Shown: positions 27,501 through 43,395 of the stretch, in pieces | Numbering within the stretch: the first letter of the stretch is position 1 | Layout: each line of letters begins with the position of its first letter | From: Dimorphilus gyrociliatus | Taxonomy: Eukaryota > Animalia > Annelida | Direction: 5' to 3' | DNA: 64,000 nucleotides | NCBI GenBank assembly: GCA_904063045.1 | Contig: CAJFCJ010000014.1 | Coordinates: forward strand, 682,001-746,000 | Translations under genes and position numbers: made by a program | The notes under the pieces: generated by a model | Seen by the model: the letters and a program-made list of their open reading frames with translations, nothing else | Database searches by the model: none | Told to the model about the DNA's origin: nothing

Positions 27501-27961
27501 TTATCTAAAACAAGATTAACCTATAAACTTATTGAAATACTATCGAGAGAAATCGAAGAGTCAACTATATAACTCGGAAAGATTGAAGAAAAGATTGAGA
27601 GAAGCGCGGAAGGCAACAATAGACGAAAAAGGGGAATAGATAAAAGAAAGTGAAAAATGGAGAAAGAGAAAAGTATGTTTGAATAGCGCAACACTTGTAT
27701 CTAGTTAAATGACAATTCCAGAATAGAACAAGTTATTCTTTATAGCTTTGTCTATCTATATGTTTTACTCTTTCTTTTTTTTTTCTCCACCCCCTCTATC
27801 TATCTCTTTCTCTTTCTATCTCTCCTATTGTGATTTTTTATCTCATGTTAAAGAATTACACACTTTAATAAATGTACGCCTATACAGAAATATTTCCTAA
27901 TATTTAAAATAAAGGGCTTACCAGTCAATAGAAGGCACAATAGTATAACCGCTGATGTCAT
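24546..27961 (-). CDS. Single IgV-like domain type I membrane protein lacking the canonical disulfide, 299 aa
   Basis: Exons 27961-27922 (signal MTSAVILLCLLLTG), 26380-26063 (VNC/RETY...VVWH...DDRITL...VTLSLKSIKESDTGLYRFEL), 25157-24726 (Thr/Pro stalk, TM IQLTLIICLTVIVVTIAVVVTVVCVY, tail), 24655-24546. All junctions are phase 1, as typical of Ig genes. Ends ...PHSHV*. Confidence 0.85.
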
Positions 27962-28382
27962 TCTTTAATATTTCTGTTAATCTTTCTCGAATAGAAATTA
28001 AAAGCTGTGATTTACAAGAAAATTCTCTGAAGAGGAATGAAGAGTTTTTCTTTCTTTCAAGAAAAAAAACCACTAAGCTTTCGGTTTTTTTTCAATTTGT
28101 CATAAGAAAAACAGTAGAGATTGAGAAAAAGTTGACAAAATCGATCCGTTAAGTTTCTGTCTGTTGTTTCTTTGTAGTAAATTGTAGTCTCCACAAAAAT
28201 AAAACAAAATATCTTCAATGAATTCAGTCCGAATAGTAACAAACACTAATTATTCAAATAGTAGTTAAGTCTTGGTTAAAGTATTGGAAAGAGAGTATAT
28301 TCTTTCGCGTTGTTGTAAGTTAACTGTCTTACCGGTGAATGAGTAAATTGAAAAGGCATCGGCCCTTATAATCCTTTTACCG

Positions 28383-28397
28383 CAGCGCCACCTAGCC
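28383..28397 (-). promoter_or_regulatory. CTCF-like motif
   Basis: Minus strand GGCTAGGTGGCGCTG. Confidence 0.45.
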
Positions 28398-29222
28398 GTG
28401 GAGTTGTAAAATCTCCCAACAGTGATTGGTCATGGGTAACGGAACACTGACAAAATATTATCAAAAGATATTCCTTGAAAGAAAAGTCCTTATTTAGAAT
28501 ATAATAGGAAAGGGCCTTTTTTCTGAATAATTGAATCCCTTGCGAAAACATTTAATAATAAACTATTGGAACGTTGATCGCAAATGTACACAAATTTCTA
28601 TCCAACCTTACCACATCGGATGTTCTTTAAAATGGTTTGTATTGTTGCCCCGTTTTATAGTTATTAATAGTTCACGAGCCGCAAAAATTGCTTAAGAACG
28701 GTGCCCCAAATTCAATCTTACGACTTTTTAATAGCAAAGCAATGTTAAATTGAATAAAAAAAATGACACGGTATTCAAATTACCAATATACTTTTGCATT
28801 GATATGTATTTTTTTTTTAAAAAAAAAAAAGTTAACCGATTTACATAACTAAAGTTATATTTTTACTTTTTCTAATTCGTAGCAAAATTCTAGACATAAC
28901 AATAGAACAATTAAGTAGACAAAAAATCATCAATTCAGATTTGACGCGTGCGTTTAACGAGTGAAAGTCTCTTGAAAATGATTCAGCTTACGGGCATGTC
29001 AAGACAGTAGCGATTGCGCAACACCTACCAAAAGCCTAATTACGACATAAAATCATTTCTCCATTTTCTTGGCCGAAGGGCATACATTAAACAATGTCTT
29101 GTGTCAGATAGTAATGTCGTAGTTTATAGATATCAATTTTTGGCAGGTGTAAACAGGTCATTCAATTTAGAGTAAGCGAAAAAACATTAAACTGTATTAA
29201 AGAAAATATTAGGCTAGATCTT

Positions 29223-30960
<1,738 letters not shown>

Positions 30961-31193
30961 TTTGTTGGAGTAAAGATTTCGGAAAATATACTATTAACCA
31001 AAAAGTCTGTATGCAGCAGATACTTGCAATTAAGAGGTATACAGCCTAAAAAATTTAACATTTAGCAGAAGTTTATGGTATTTCAAGCACGAATTTTATA
31101 TACTATCTAAGAAGAGTGAAATTAGTAGATCTTTCTGATCAAGTAATTGAATTTAAAGCATTCTGAGCGAAATTAAGGATATTCTCTTTCGTA
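30961..31193. promoter_or_regulatory. Likely bidirectional promoter PSMC6/RABGGTB
   Basis: Divergent ATGs separated by 233 bp; YY1-like AAATGGCGG overlaps the PSMC6 start. Confidence 0.6.
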
Positions 31194-32570
31194 ATGGTCA
31201 GTTGATGACAATGAGTAGTTTTCTTAACAGTTTAAATAACATGTAATTGTCAATTTAAGGGTTCCGTTATAAAAGACGTTACAATTACCGATGATCACCC
31301 TTCAAATTTTCTAAAAGAAAAGCATTCCGATTATATAGAACATTACGGTTCAAAACATGATGTATACGTAAGTGAAAAACATAAGTCATATTTTCCTCCA
31401 AAAACTATTCCCCTACATATAAATATATAGGAATACAAAATGTCCGAATATTTACGTATGTGCGGTTTGTACTGGGGTTTAACTGCCATGGATCTTTTAG
31501 GCAATTTAAATAAAATGAGTAGGGAAGATGTGAAACGCTTTGTATTGACATGTCAAAACGATGACGGAGGATTTGGAGCTTGTAAGGATCACGATTCTCA
31601 CATTCTGCATACATTAAGCGCTATTCAGGTATGAGAAAAGTAAAGATTTATGTTGTATAGAGTTTCGAAAATGAAACCTTAACATCCGTATCATCTAGAT
31701 TTCTATGATGTATGACTTAAAAGATGAAATCAATGTTGAGAAGACTGTTGAATATATTTGCCGTCTTATTCAAGATGATGGAAGTGTTATGGGAGACGAA
31801 TGGGGAGAAATTGACACCAGATTTAATTTTTGTGCTGTCGCCTCTTTGGCATTATTGGTACGGTTCGTTTAATATTTTTCTTCCATTCTTATTAAAATAA
31901 CATACTACTATAGGGCTGTTTGAACAAGATTGAATCTAAAAAAGAAGCTATTATCAACTACGTCTTATCTTGTATGAACTTTGACGGAGGGTTTGGTGTT
32001 AGGCCCGGAAGTGAATCGCATGCTGGACAAATATACTGTTGTTTGGGCTGTTTATCTATTTTAGGTGCTTTGGAGCATGTCGATAGAGAATCTTTAGGGT
32101 GGTGGCTAGCCGAACGGCAATTACCGTCAGGCGGCTTGAATGGTAATTATGTTTATTTTGTTATGTAATTGATTTAAATTAACGTTTCATTTAGGCCGTC
32201 CGGAGAAATTACCTGATCTCTGCTATTCGTGGTGGGTCGTGGCTTCTCTTAAGATTATTGGAAAGGTCCAGTGGATTGATAAAGTAGGAAAGAAAAACAT
32301 TTACTTTATTTTTATCAGAATACTGTGAAAAGTACTTATCCCTGACAGGAAAAGTTAACTAGATTTATTTTGGCTTGCCAAGACGAAGAAACCGGCGGCT
32401 TCGCCGATCGACCCGGTGATATGGTTGATCCTTTCCATACACTTTTTGGAATTGCCGGTCTATCTCTTTTGAAAAGTACCGACAATGACGTAAGAGACGT
32501 TAATCCCGTATTTTGTATGAGTCAAGACCTTTTGAACAATTTAGGTGTAAAATCGTCGATAATATCTTGA
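31194..32570 (+). CDS. RABGGTB: Rab geranylgeranyltransferase beta subunit
   Basis: ATG-only first coding exon (31194-31196), then GSVIKDVTI...; [107 protein letters not shown]. Confidence 0.97.
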
Positions 32571-32673
32571 CACCATTGCGTAATTTATACAAATAATTAG
32601 ACGCCTTAATTAATTTATTTGTTCTCGTTGAATGTTTTAAATGATAATAGTCAGTTGATGAACACACTGTAAA

Positions 32674-33476
<803 letters not shown>

Positions 33477-33494
33477 CTTTACTCTGTATGAATA

Positions 33495-33508
33495 ATTGCT
33501 ATGGTAAT
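33495..33508. promoter_or_regulatory. X-box-like motif just upstream of MORN5
   Basis: ATTACCATAGCAAT on - (variant of GTTACCATAGCAAC), ~20 nt before the ATG of a motile-cilia gene. Confidence 0.5.
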
Positions 33509-34091
33509 GAACGGTAGATGGCGTTATTATATATATACTGTATATGTATACAGTATACAGTATATTGATACACTTTTGCTCTTTAATAATATTTGATAAA
33601 GGAATTCTTTTGTTGATTCATTTCTATTTATTTATTGCAAAGTCATATTAAATGTATTTAATTTTCATAGAAGCAGACATATTTTACTCTCTTCTGGCAT
33701 AATTTGCAACAAAAGTATATTCATTAGATCATTTCGAAATTATAATCTTTCTAAAGCAAGAACGAACGAGCGAACAACACGAAGATATTCTTTCAAAATA
33801 CTCTCCATAAAGCGGACTAGCCAATAAACAAAAACAAAACGAAACACAATTTGACAAAGCTCAAAAAATGTCTTACAAACAATTTTCTTAAAGATTTTAC
33901 TCTTGCATTCATGTAATTACTTTTTTTCGATTTTTCGCCTATCTATTACTTTTGGAAATGTATCACAATCCAAATAAAGCCGGTGGTCATATCCAATTGC
34001 TCTTATCACAGTTTTTGTCGCATCATTCGAATTGTCAGGCATTTGCTCAGAAAACGTCATAGCAAATGTAAAATGAAGAAAAAGAGGAGAG

Positions 34092-34098
<7 letters not shown>

Positions 34099-34132
<34 letters not shown>
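34099..34132. repeat. (GA)n microsatellite
   Basis: Pure GA run downstream of AFF. Confidence 0.85.
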
Positions 34133-34147
<15 letters not shown>

Positions 34148-34449
34148 ACAAAGATAACAGTTTGTATACCTATATATGTATATATTCACATATACATATA
34201 TACATACAGATCATATATATAGAAAGAGAGATAGAGAGAGAAAGTAAAGAAATATTTAGAGAGAAAAAATATAATAATAATAAATACGTTAGAATTATAT
34301 AGTTAAAGCGATCAACTCAAACGAGCGTTTAAGAATGTAGGTTAAATACAAATAAAGTTTTTAAAAACGTTGTTTTTTTTGCATTTTTCAACCAGGTCCG
34401 TAATTTATTTTTCTGTGTTTTTCTTCGTTCCTTGAAGAGGAAGACTGGG

Positions 34450-35491
34450 CTAGGAGTTGGCCAAGTCAGTTAGGCCTATTCGCATATATGAAACTAACTC
34501 TTCTATCGATGAATGAATACTTAATGGTTTTTTACATTTTGAGTCCAATTTCGCAAAGAACTCTATTAAATAGGAAGAAAGGAAGGCAATTATTATTTTA
34601 TTGTTATCTAAAGCGCCATCTTGTGTTAAAATACAGACCTTGATAGGGTTTAGCGCGATAGTCAGCATGGTTCCAGAATTCATGAGCCTCGAACAAATAA
34701 GACACATCGGACATGTAATTTTGCGTTATTTGGTGCAAGTTTGCTGGTACAGATACTGTGCCACCAGTAGGTACGGGTTGTGGGCTAGGAGTTGCTCCTC
34801 CTGGTGTGACACTTCCCGGTGTTTTAGGAGACGGTGTCGGTCCTTTCGGCGCACTATGGTCATCTATATAACGTTTTAAGCGCTTGGCGTCTCCACGCCG
34901 GAAAGTAAATAGCTTGAAACAGAGTATCGATTGAATTCTTAAGCTAGAAATAACAAAACAAAAAAAAACCAATATAAAAATCGGCAGTCAGATTAGAGAA
35001 AGAAAGAAAAGAAAAAACAAATTATACGAAAATAAAGCTCACTTCAGAACATATAACTTGCGTTCTCTCTCCGAACACTTTGTTATGTCTTGACCGTCGA
35101 ACGAGTTAATTTTCCTAAAGATTAAAAAGAAATATGTAAATAGAATCCTTTCGTCTTTCGCTTGGTAATATAAATTATTCTATTACTTGACTAGAGGTAG
35201 AGTTTCACGGTAATTAGTAAAGATTGTTTTTGGGTCACTGGAACGTTCTTTTGCTTGAGCCCATTCAAGGAAGTGGAGAACTGCTTCCATGTACTTAGTC
35301 GACTTTCGCCAATTATCGTTTTTCTATTAGGAGAGTGAAAACTCAGAGTTAAGGGAAAAATTACAAAAAAAATGCTTTAAAGGGAAAAAGAGAGAGAGAG
35401 AGAGGGAGAAAGAAAGAAAAGGGAATAAAAGGAAACTAATATGCTTCTATTACAATATAAATAGTTACATATATATATATATATATTACTA

Positions 35492-35522
<31 letters not shown>

Positions 35523-38500
35523 CTGTATATATGAAAGGAAATCTAAAGTACAAAAAAGAAGGTTTAAAAATTGTAATAAAATAGATACAATCTTTGATAA
35601 TATATTATCTTATCAGAGTTTTTTCCCTAAGTAGAAATTTAAATAATAATAAAAGATAAAAATTATATACATAAGTATATATAAGATTTAATATACTGTA
35701 TATATATTATACTGTATATTTTACAGCGTTAGCTCTTATCAACAAAATATATCTTAAAGAAATTTTGGTTTATCTCAAATGAAAAAAATCTTGAAAAATT
35801 GTAGAATATAAAAGAGAGAGAGTGAGAGAAAGAGAGTGTGTGATGGAGTGAGTCAGTGAAAAAAAGAAATAAATAAAAACTTACAACGTTATCAGCTTCT
35901 CTCTTGCATTCTTTAGCAGCTTGCATAAGATAATAATCAGGATTATGTGTCGAAGAACTGGTTGATTGCTCGACTGGTTCCCTATTTGAGGACAAAAGGA
36001 AAGAAAATCGGATGTAAATGATTATCTTTGGAAAGGGAAATAGCGCTATATTAATTAATACAAACTTCTTTATTCGCTTTTCCCCTCGATCTTTAGTTTC
36101 ATTTGGACTTTTCTTTCTTTTCCTTTCACGAGAAGATGTGGGAGGAATAGTACTGTTACTCCTTGGTATTGAAACGCCAACACTCCTCAACAATTCCAAT
36201 GATAGGGAGACAACTGTAGAATGCCTACCATGAACTTGAGATGCACCCACGGGCGCCACCCCGGCATTAATATTAGGGTTATTAGTCGGCATTTCGGTAA
36301 TGCTGTTCGGATTCGAAGGGGTTGTAGAATTTAAGGGCGTTATTACAGCCATCGGTTTGCGTTTTTGTGAATTTGAATTGTAATAGGGTTGTATGTTTAG
36401 TTTGGTTTCTTCTGACTTTTCGTCTTGGGCGTTGGGTCCATTAGAAATATCTTCAAAAGATGAATCACTATCGCTGCTTGGTACAGTTATGGGTTTGAAA
36501 GGTTTGGTTATTTTTGATTTTGTAGGTGATTTTTTGTTTGTCGGTTGTTTCCTTTTTCTATTGGGTTGTCTCTTACTGCCTGGAGAGTGTGATTGAGCAG
36601 GTTCGAAGTCTTCATCGCCAGAATCATCGCTACCGCTCGAGGTGTATACTGCCTTTTTCTTCGCTTGACGGACTGGTTGCACCGGTCCGTAGGGATAGTT
36701 GTCTGATTGGTCCGTCTTTTTCTTACCATTTGTGGTCGACGACTCTTGCGAATTAGAAACATTTGGAATATTTCCAATAAAATCTGCAATTTTCCAAGTA
36801 TCCTGCGCCACTGGTGCTGGTTGATTCAGCATAGGATCAATATCAGCCTGGGGAGAAGCTATTTTTTTCTCATCGTCCGAACTAGACGCCTCGCTGTCGG
36901 ATGACGAACTCGATGATGATGAACTTTCATCAGAAGTATTCGTTTTCATCGGTGGCCTAGAAATAAGAAGGGAAAAAAAAATCAATAAAGACGGTAACTG
37001 GCAAATCGTTAACGGACGTTCGCGCAAATACTAAGCGTTAACATACACTTTTGAGCCGTTGTCAAGGCGGGCGTTGAGAGTTTCTAATAGGGTCACCACA
37101 CAAATTTAAAGACATAACTCTACAATCACATCCCTGATAATTGTAAACGTATAGAAAAATCTTTCTTATACCAATATATAATAAAGATTAATAATAATTA
37201 CAGGCATATTATCGTGTTCTAAATTTGGTATTTATGACGAAATAGACAACATTAGAATAATAGCAGTAGTAAAACATAAAAAATAATACAAAAAAATGAC
37301 GTCAACTGTCCCTTTATAATTCATTAATTAACTATTATCTAAGGGAAATAAAAAACGTCTGCGATTATTCGATTTTTTTAACTCTAAAAACAGAAAAAGT
37401 ATAGGAAAGCTATTATCCCATAATAGACTAGAGTTGAATTAAATAATAGGAAAAGAGAGAGAAAGATATGGGGTGACTGCCTAGAAGGGAGAGAAGAGGT
37501 AGGGGAGGGAGAAAATGAGAACAAACAAAAACATAGAGTAATGAATAGAAAAATACTAAAAAGTTCACCCGAAATAAAATATTAAAAGTTATAGTAAGAA
37601 CTTATACAAAAGGAAAAGAAAGACCTCTACGTAGGCGTTTAAGAAGAACGATAAGTCATATTTTTTGCTTCTTACATTCCTTGTTGTTTGATTGATTATA
37701 AAATAAGATTAATCCACTAGTTTCAAAAATAGAAAGCAGTTGTAAACATTAAATTGCTTTCAAATATCCTATTAAAATAAACTAAATCAATATTGTATAG
37801 GTACAGGAGATGCAATAGAAAAAGAGGAGGTGGAAGACGGAAAATGAATGAATGCAAAATTAAGAAAATACAAAAAAAAAAAAAAACAATACGCCAAGAA
37901 GGAAAGATAATAGGGGTATTTTTCAGAAGAGACAGAGAGAGAGAGAGAGAGAGATTTACTAAACATGTACGTTACGAGTTTGACGTTAAATAATATAAAG
38001 TAGTAACAACGGTAACAATAGTCGTTTCTTATAATAAATAACAGGAAGGAGTATATAGAGCATCCAAGGAGTAATCTCTTTAGACTATCCTTAGTAAAAA
38101 CGCAACATATGCTTATTAGTAATAAAATATCGATTCTACTACTGCTAAAACTTACATTAATAAATCATATAAACTATTGTTTATACATAGTTAATAGCTT
38201 TTAGATAACAATTTATAACTAGTATATTTGCTATTGTCGTTGTCAGTGGTTTTTTTTTAATAAAACAATATTTCCCGTTTAGTTAATTTAAACATTCGAA
38301 TGTTCCTTCATCAGTAACGTTACTGATCTGAATATACTGTATATGTTTTATGTAGTATCAATAGAATTATTAAATTTTAATAAACGTCGATTTACTAATA
38401 ATATTAAGATATTAAATTATTAGATTTAGCTTTGGGCAAAGTGAATTTTATACTTTTAAAAAGAAAAAATAAAAAGGTAAGCTTTTTTTTTTTTAAAAAA

Positions 38501-41500
38501 AAAAATTCAATCTTTTTTTCCTTAAAAAACATTTTTGCTTCGTTGTAAACTAATATAATAAAATTTTTCAATAAAACAAACAACAGTTATAACGCAATCG
38601 ACAAATACCAATCGATATCGTGTCGGTTTCATCCCTTTATATACTCTATATCTACAGTATTTAAATTAATCTTTATAACGTTATATATGTATACAAATTT
38701 ATAAAGATATTTGTCTACTTTTACTTACTAAAGCTTCAAGATTAAACTCATTACAGATACCGTGTTCTACCGTTCAGAAAAGACTGCATTTACGCCATCG
38801 ATTGCGTCACGACTATATTAAATAAAAAATGACTTGGAAGGATATATAGATTTTTTTAATACATGGTACAAAACATTAATGAACGCTGTTTGTTACCTGA
38901 GTTTAGACGCTTTGAGCGTTACAGAAACCATAGCTTTTTGTTACGTAATCCGTAAATCATCTTCAAAATTCTGGCCTATCGAGGCCATGTTATTTTTTTT
39001 CCGAGAAAAAAAATTTTATAGCGAAGGCGTAGATTAGAGTGGAAAAAAGTAAAAAAGCGACGAAGTAAAGACGATTCGTAAAATCTACGGCATTCCTCAA
39101 TCCGGGAATAATATTACAGTCATAGCTAGCCGAAATGCACCAGCTGCATTATTATTCATCCAGTTGAGTTTTTTAGACTGGCGCAGCGTTTGGTATAATG
39201 CGGAACTCGTATCTCGACTATCTGCTTGTTTTAAGAAGCGATCGATAACTTACCGAGTATCGTCATTTTCTTTTAAGTTGTTAGAATTGATGTCAGACTT
39301 CTTAGAGCATTCCTCCTAAAAATTCAATTAAAGTGATTTACACCAATGAATTAACATTTGTATATAGAGAAAAAAGAAGAAGCTACAAGCGAAAAAATTG
39401 TTTGCTGTTGAATCTTTCGCTTCTGCTTTCATGTTTTTTTATCACCTTTTTTCCTTCTTTACTAATTTACTTAATTGTTTAAGCAGACAATGGAAAATTA
39501 TTATCAAATATATAAGGTGTTTCTTCTAAATATGTTTTATAGCAATATATATATATACTGTATATATTATAAATTGTTCTATTTATTTATGCACTTTTGC
39601 AAAATCGGCAATTTAACAAGTAAAAAAAATGATCTAGATTTTATGCATACCTTGTCGTCGTTATCTTCGTTATCTGACGAATCACTCAATGAGTTAGAAT
39701 TACCATGGCTTTTTTGTTGTTCACTTCTGTTAGAATAGAAATAATTGTTATAATGATATTATTTATATAACAACTTATTTAGAGCATACAAGATATAAAA
39801 ACACCTAAAGAATACTTACATATAGTATATATATATATATAGTAAATTCTATATATAAACTATTATTAAACTTATTTATAAATTGATAGTTGAACTCTTA
39901 TTATCCTTATTCAATTTTGTAATTAGGTTTCAAATTAAATCAAAATATAGAATACGCCATCTACCGATCGAATAGCTATTATTATATTGTAAATAAAATT
40001 GTTTGCTAACCTAGTACTGTTGGAATTCGTTGCGTGGCCTTGGATTTTTTCCTGATCTGGTAAATTTTCTATGGAGAAAAACATGTTTAGGAATTTGTGA
40101 AAAGATAGGGAAAGAGATTAAAGAGGGAGAAATTTGAAAAGAAAAAGAAAACAAGTATAATAAAATAACTTAATGATAAGAAAAGAATTTTTGCATTAGT
40201 ATAAAAAGAGAGAGAAAAAAAAACTTTTAGAAATAGAGATAAATAAAAACAAAAAAAAGTTTAACTTACGTTGAACTTTGGTCTGAATCTGTTAAGTGAA
40301 AAAGAAAACGGGCAAATTTAGTAAATAAGGAGATACGAAAGCTTTTCGAAATCGATCAAAGAAGCCTCGAGGCAATTGAAACGCGAAAAGCGACACTGAC
40401 GCCATAGGTAGACGTCAGAGAGAAGTATCACCATGGTAACAACAGAGAGAAACCGGAATTGAACACCTACCGAGTTTTTTACGGGGAATGCGAACTTGCT
40501 TGCAGGTTCGATAGATGAAAGTGGTGTTACAAGCGTCATTTCCTGAAATATGATACTTGATATCTTTATCAAGAAAAAGCCCAATATTGCGACAATTTTA
40601 CCTTAATTATTTCTTGAACTTTCTTATTCTTTTCTTCATCGTTGTTGACAAGCTAAAAGTGGATAATACATTATGTGGGTCATTTTAAAAGTGTAATTGT
40701 AATAAGGGGATACAGGCGTCAATTTACTCCCTCACTTGACGCTCAGCGTGCTGATAAAATAGACGCTAACCTCATTCGTCGTCGGTAAGGCCAAATGCCG
40801 CATGGACTTATTCTTCCTCTCTTTCGTATGTTTTGGAGTAGACGTATAGGTCTTAACAGAATCGCGACCAGGAAATTTCACAGTAGCAGTGGTTACAGGT
40901 GTTGATGGTTGAGAATTGACCCCATATAGACTATGTGGATTGTTACTTTTGGTCTCAAAAGTTTTCATAAAAGTGTCATGAGAGCATAGAGAGTTATTTA
41001 TACGAGCTTTAACCGAATCGTCACGTTCAATCTAATAGTGAAAGAGAATTCATAAACATCTTTTTCGAAAGAAATGATTATAAAAAACTAGAACATTTTC
41101 CTAATATAGCTCAAATCATTTCCTAGCTTACTACAGTTACATGCTACCATTCTAGAAATACTATCCAGTTTTTAGATGAGGATAAAATTAATCAGCAATA
41201 TAAACATCGTTGTAATAAAGATCTTACTTAATGATCTTTTTGCTTTTTTTATCTCTCACAATGGATCATTAGTTTGTAATTTCAATTGAGGAAACAAACT
41301 TTTTACATAAACTATTTAATGAGCAGTAGAATGAAAACAAAGTAGATAGCAGTGTCTTTTAAGAAATTGCTTCAAGGTTAATCTACTCTTAGCTTTCGTA
41401 TAACAACAAAATTTTTATAAAAGTTTTCTCAACACGATAAACTGTACTCTTATTACCTTAACAGGTGCGCCAAAGAGGGATTTTTTAGTTGCAGGTGTTT

Positions 41501-42517
41501 CTATAAGATTTGTGCGTTGTGATTTGTCTCTTTGTTTCTTCGATTCCATACGTTCCTTTTCGGACAAGCTGAAATAGTATACATGTATTTATATGTTACA
41601 TATGCAAACTAAAAACCAAACAATAATGAGTTTTTTTTTTCAAGATAGCTTTTAATGGAAGACAGAGAGATGACAAAGAGAGAGAGAGAGATAGATAGAT
41701 AAATAGAGAGAGAGTGAAGGATAAAAAAAATTTGATACAACAAAAATGAAACAATTTACTTTTTTGTAATAATTCTAAAAGAAAAAAACAAGAAAAAAAA
41801 GTTATTTTAGTAATCTTAATCAGTTGACGATATATATCAAATAAAGAATTTTTTTTTGTTTTATCCTATAGAATTGTGTTTTAAATGCGATCTTTTCCAC
41901 CGAAACTATAAGCCTAAAATATTTACACAGATGTACTACAGGAAAGAAAGAACAATGACACGTTTAAAAATATACGATCAATAAAATATGACAGTTATAT
42001 AGGAGTTTCGGTTTATATGTATAACAGAAACGGGACAATTCTAATTTCATAATATTTCGTTTTATTATTTATAGGCCTTTTTAGAAATCTATTTGGCATC
42101 GATTCAATAAATATGACCTTAAAAAAATGTTTAACTGTTCATAACAAGCGTAGGACAGACATTAACACTTCTTTAAAAAACTATCTGATTACTTATAAAT
42201 TGTAGGGGAATGCTGCTTTCTAATAATAAATTTGGATTATTTTTATTTTACGATCGATACTTTTTTAATCCATTTTAACCGACCTGTTTAGCTGCTCTAA
42301 CATATGATACATATTTTCGTATGAATTTTTGAGTTTCACTGGAAGTGATGGTATCGAAAATTGAATCCGTTAATTATATCTTAATTATGTCAGCTGTTTC
42401 AATTGAAGTTTAGCGAATCGAAATTTTTCTTCTTCTAACACATTACATAAAACTGATCCCTACGAATAAACAAGTACGATTGATAAAAGAGACTTACCTT
42501 TTTCCATTACTAGCCAT
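34450..42517 (-). CDS. AFF4: AF4/FMR2 family (AFF, lilliputian) super elongation complex scaffold
   Basis: About 14 exons that splice in frame: MASNGK|SLSEKERME...SLFGAPVK|IERDDSVKARINNSL; KVQEIIK|EMTLVTPLSSIEPASKFAFP (ELL/SIAH region); Ser tract; WKIADFI; VVSLSLELLRSV (AF9/ENL-binding-like); C-terminal homology domain DYYLMQAAKECKREAD...YMEAVLHFLE...EFFAKLD...LVSYMRIGL*. The single invertebrate gene is co-orthologous to AFF1-4. Confidence 0.9.
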
Positions 42518-43395
42518 TTTCTTCAAAGAGCAGAAAATCAGGAAGGTTTAGACAAGCCACTACATAGTACACGGCTTAAAAAAGGGATGCTTTTAAAAAG
42601 GCGATTCCTTCAATTTATAAGCTAAATTTTCCTGGTTATTACAGTCCAATATTTATTAAATAGTTAGAATAGATTTTAAAATTTCGATAAGTTTCCGAAG
42701 TCTATGATCAAGCAGCTTTTTTCTTTCGCATTTGTTCTGCTTGTCAATGAAGCTATCACTCTTTCGTATTTTTCCTGGATAAACATATAAATAAAATTCC
42801 TATTATAAATTAGATAATATTCAATAATTTTTTGCTACAAACACATTTTACGTCTTAAAAATATTAGACGTTAGTACGAAAATAATGGGATGGACTCGGA
42901 CTTTCTGAAGCGGTTAAGACGTCATAGTCTCGTTTTGGCACAGGAACTGGAACCAGTCAATCGCGTGTTTATATTACATTTTCGCGCTTTAAAATTCAAA
43001 CGGGCAAAAAACAACTATTTCCCTTAGATCCGTGTTTATTTAAGTCAAAAATGAAGACATAAGCAAGAATTTTAAAATACATTTTTCGCTTTTTTCACAA
43101 ATTTGAAACGACAGATTCAGCTGCAAGAAAACAAAAGGAATAGCAAAATAATTTTTAACACAGCACAAGTTTCACAACCATTTTTTCGAGATTTGGCGAA
43201 TAACAGACAGTAGATAATAATTATATCATTAAAAAAAATATGTTCTCTCATTTTTTTGCTTTAATCAGAACACCTGACGTTGGGAAGGGATGGAAAGAAC
43301 ACATTATGTGTCATGAGTAAGGTTGTTCATCTTATCAAAAATAACAGAGAAAAATGTTTCAGAGAGCATTATGAAATTTTTCTTTTTTTGCTTTG

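Noticed and set aside
31197-32661. 12-bp direct repeat GTCAGTTGATGA at both ends of RABGGTB, and possible intronic snoRNA since vertebrate RABGGTB hosts SNORD45
   Set aside because: A 12-mer repeat is within chance; introns are 50-70 nt with no C box/D box pair, too short for a snoRNA.
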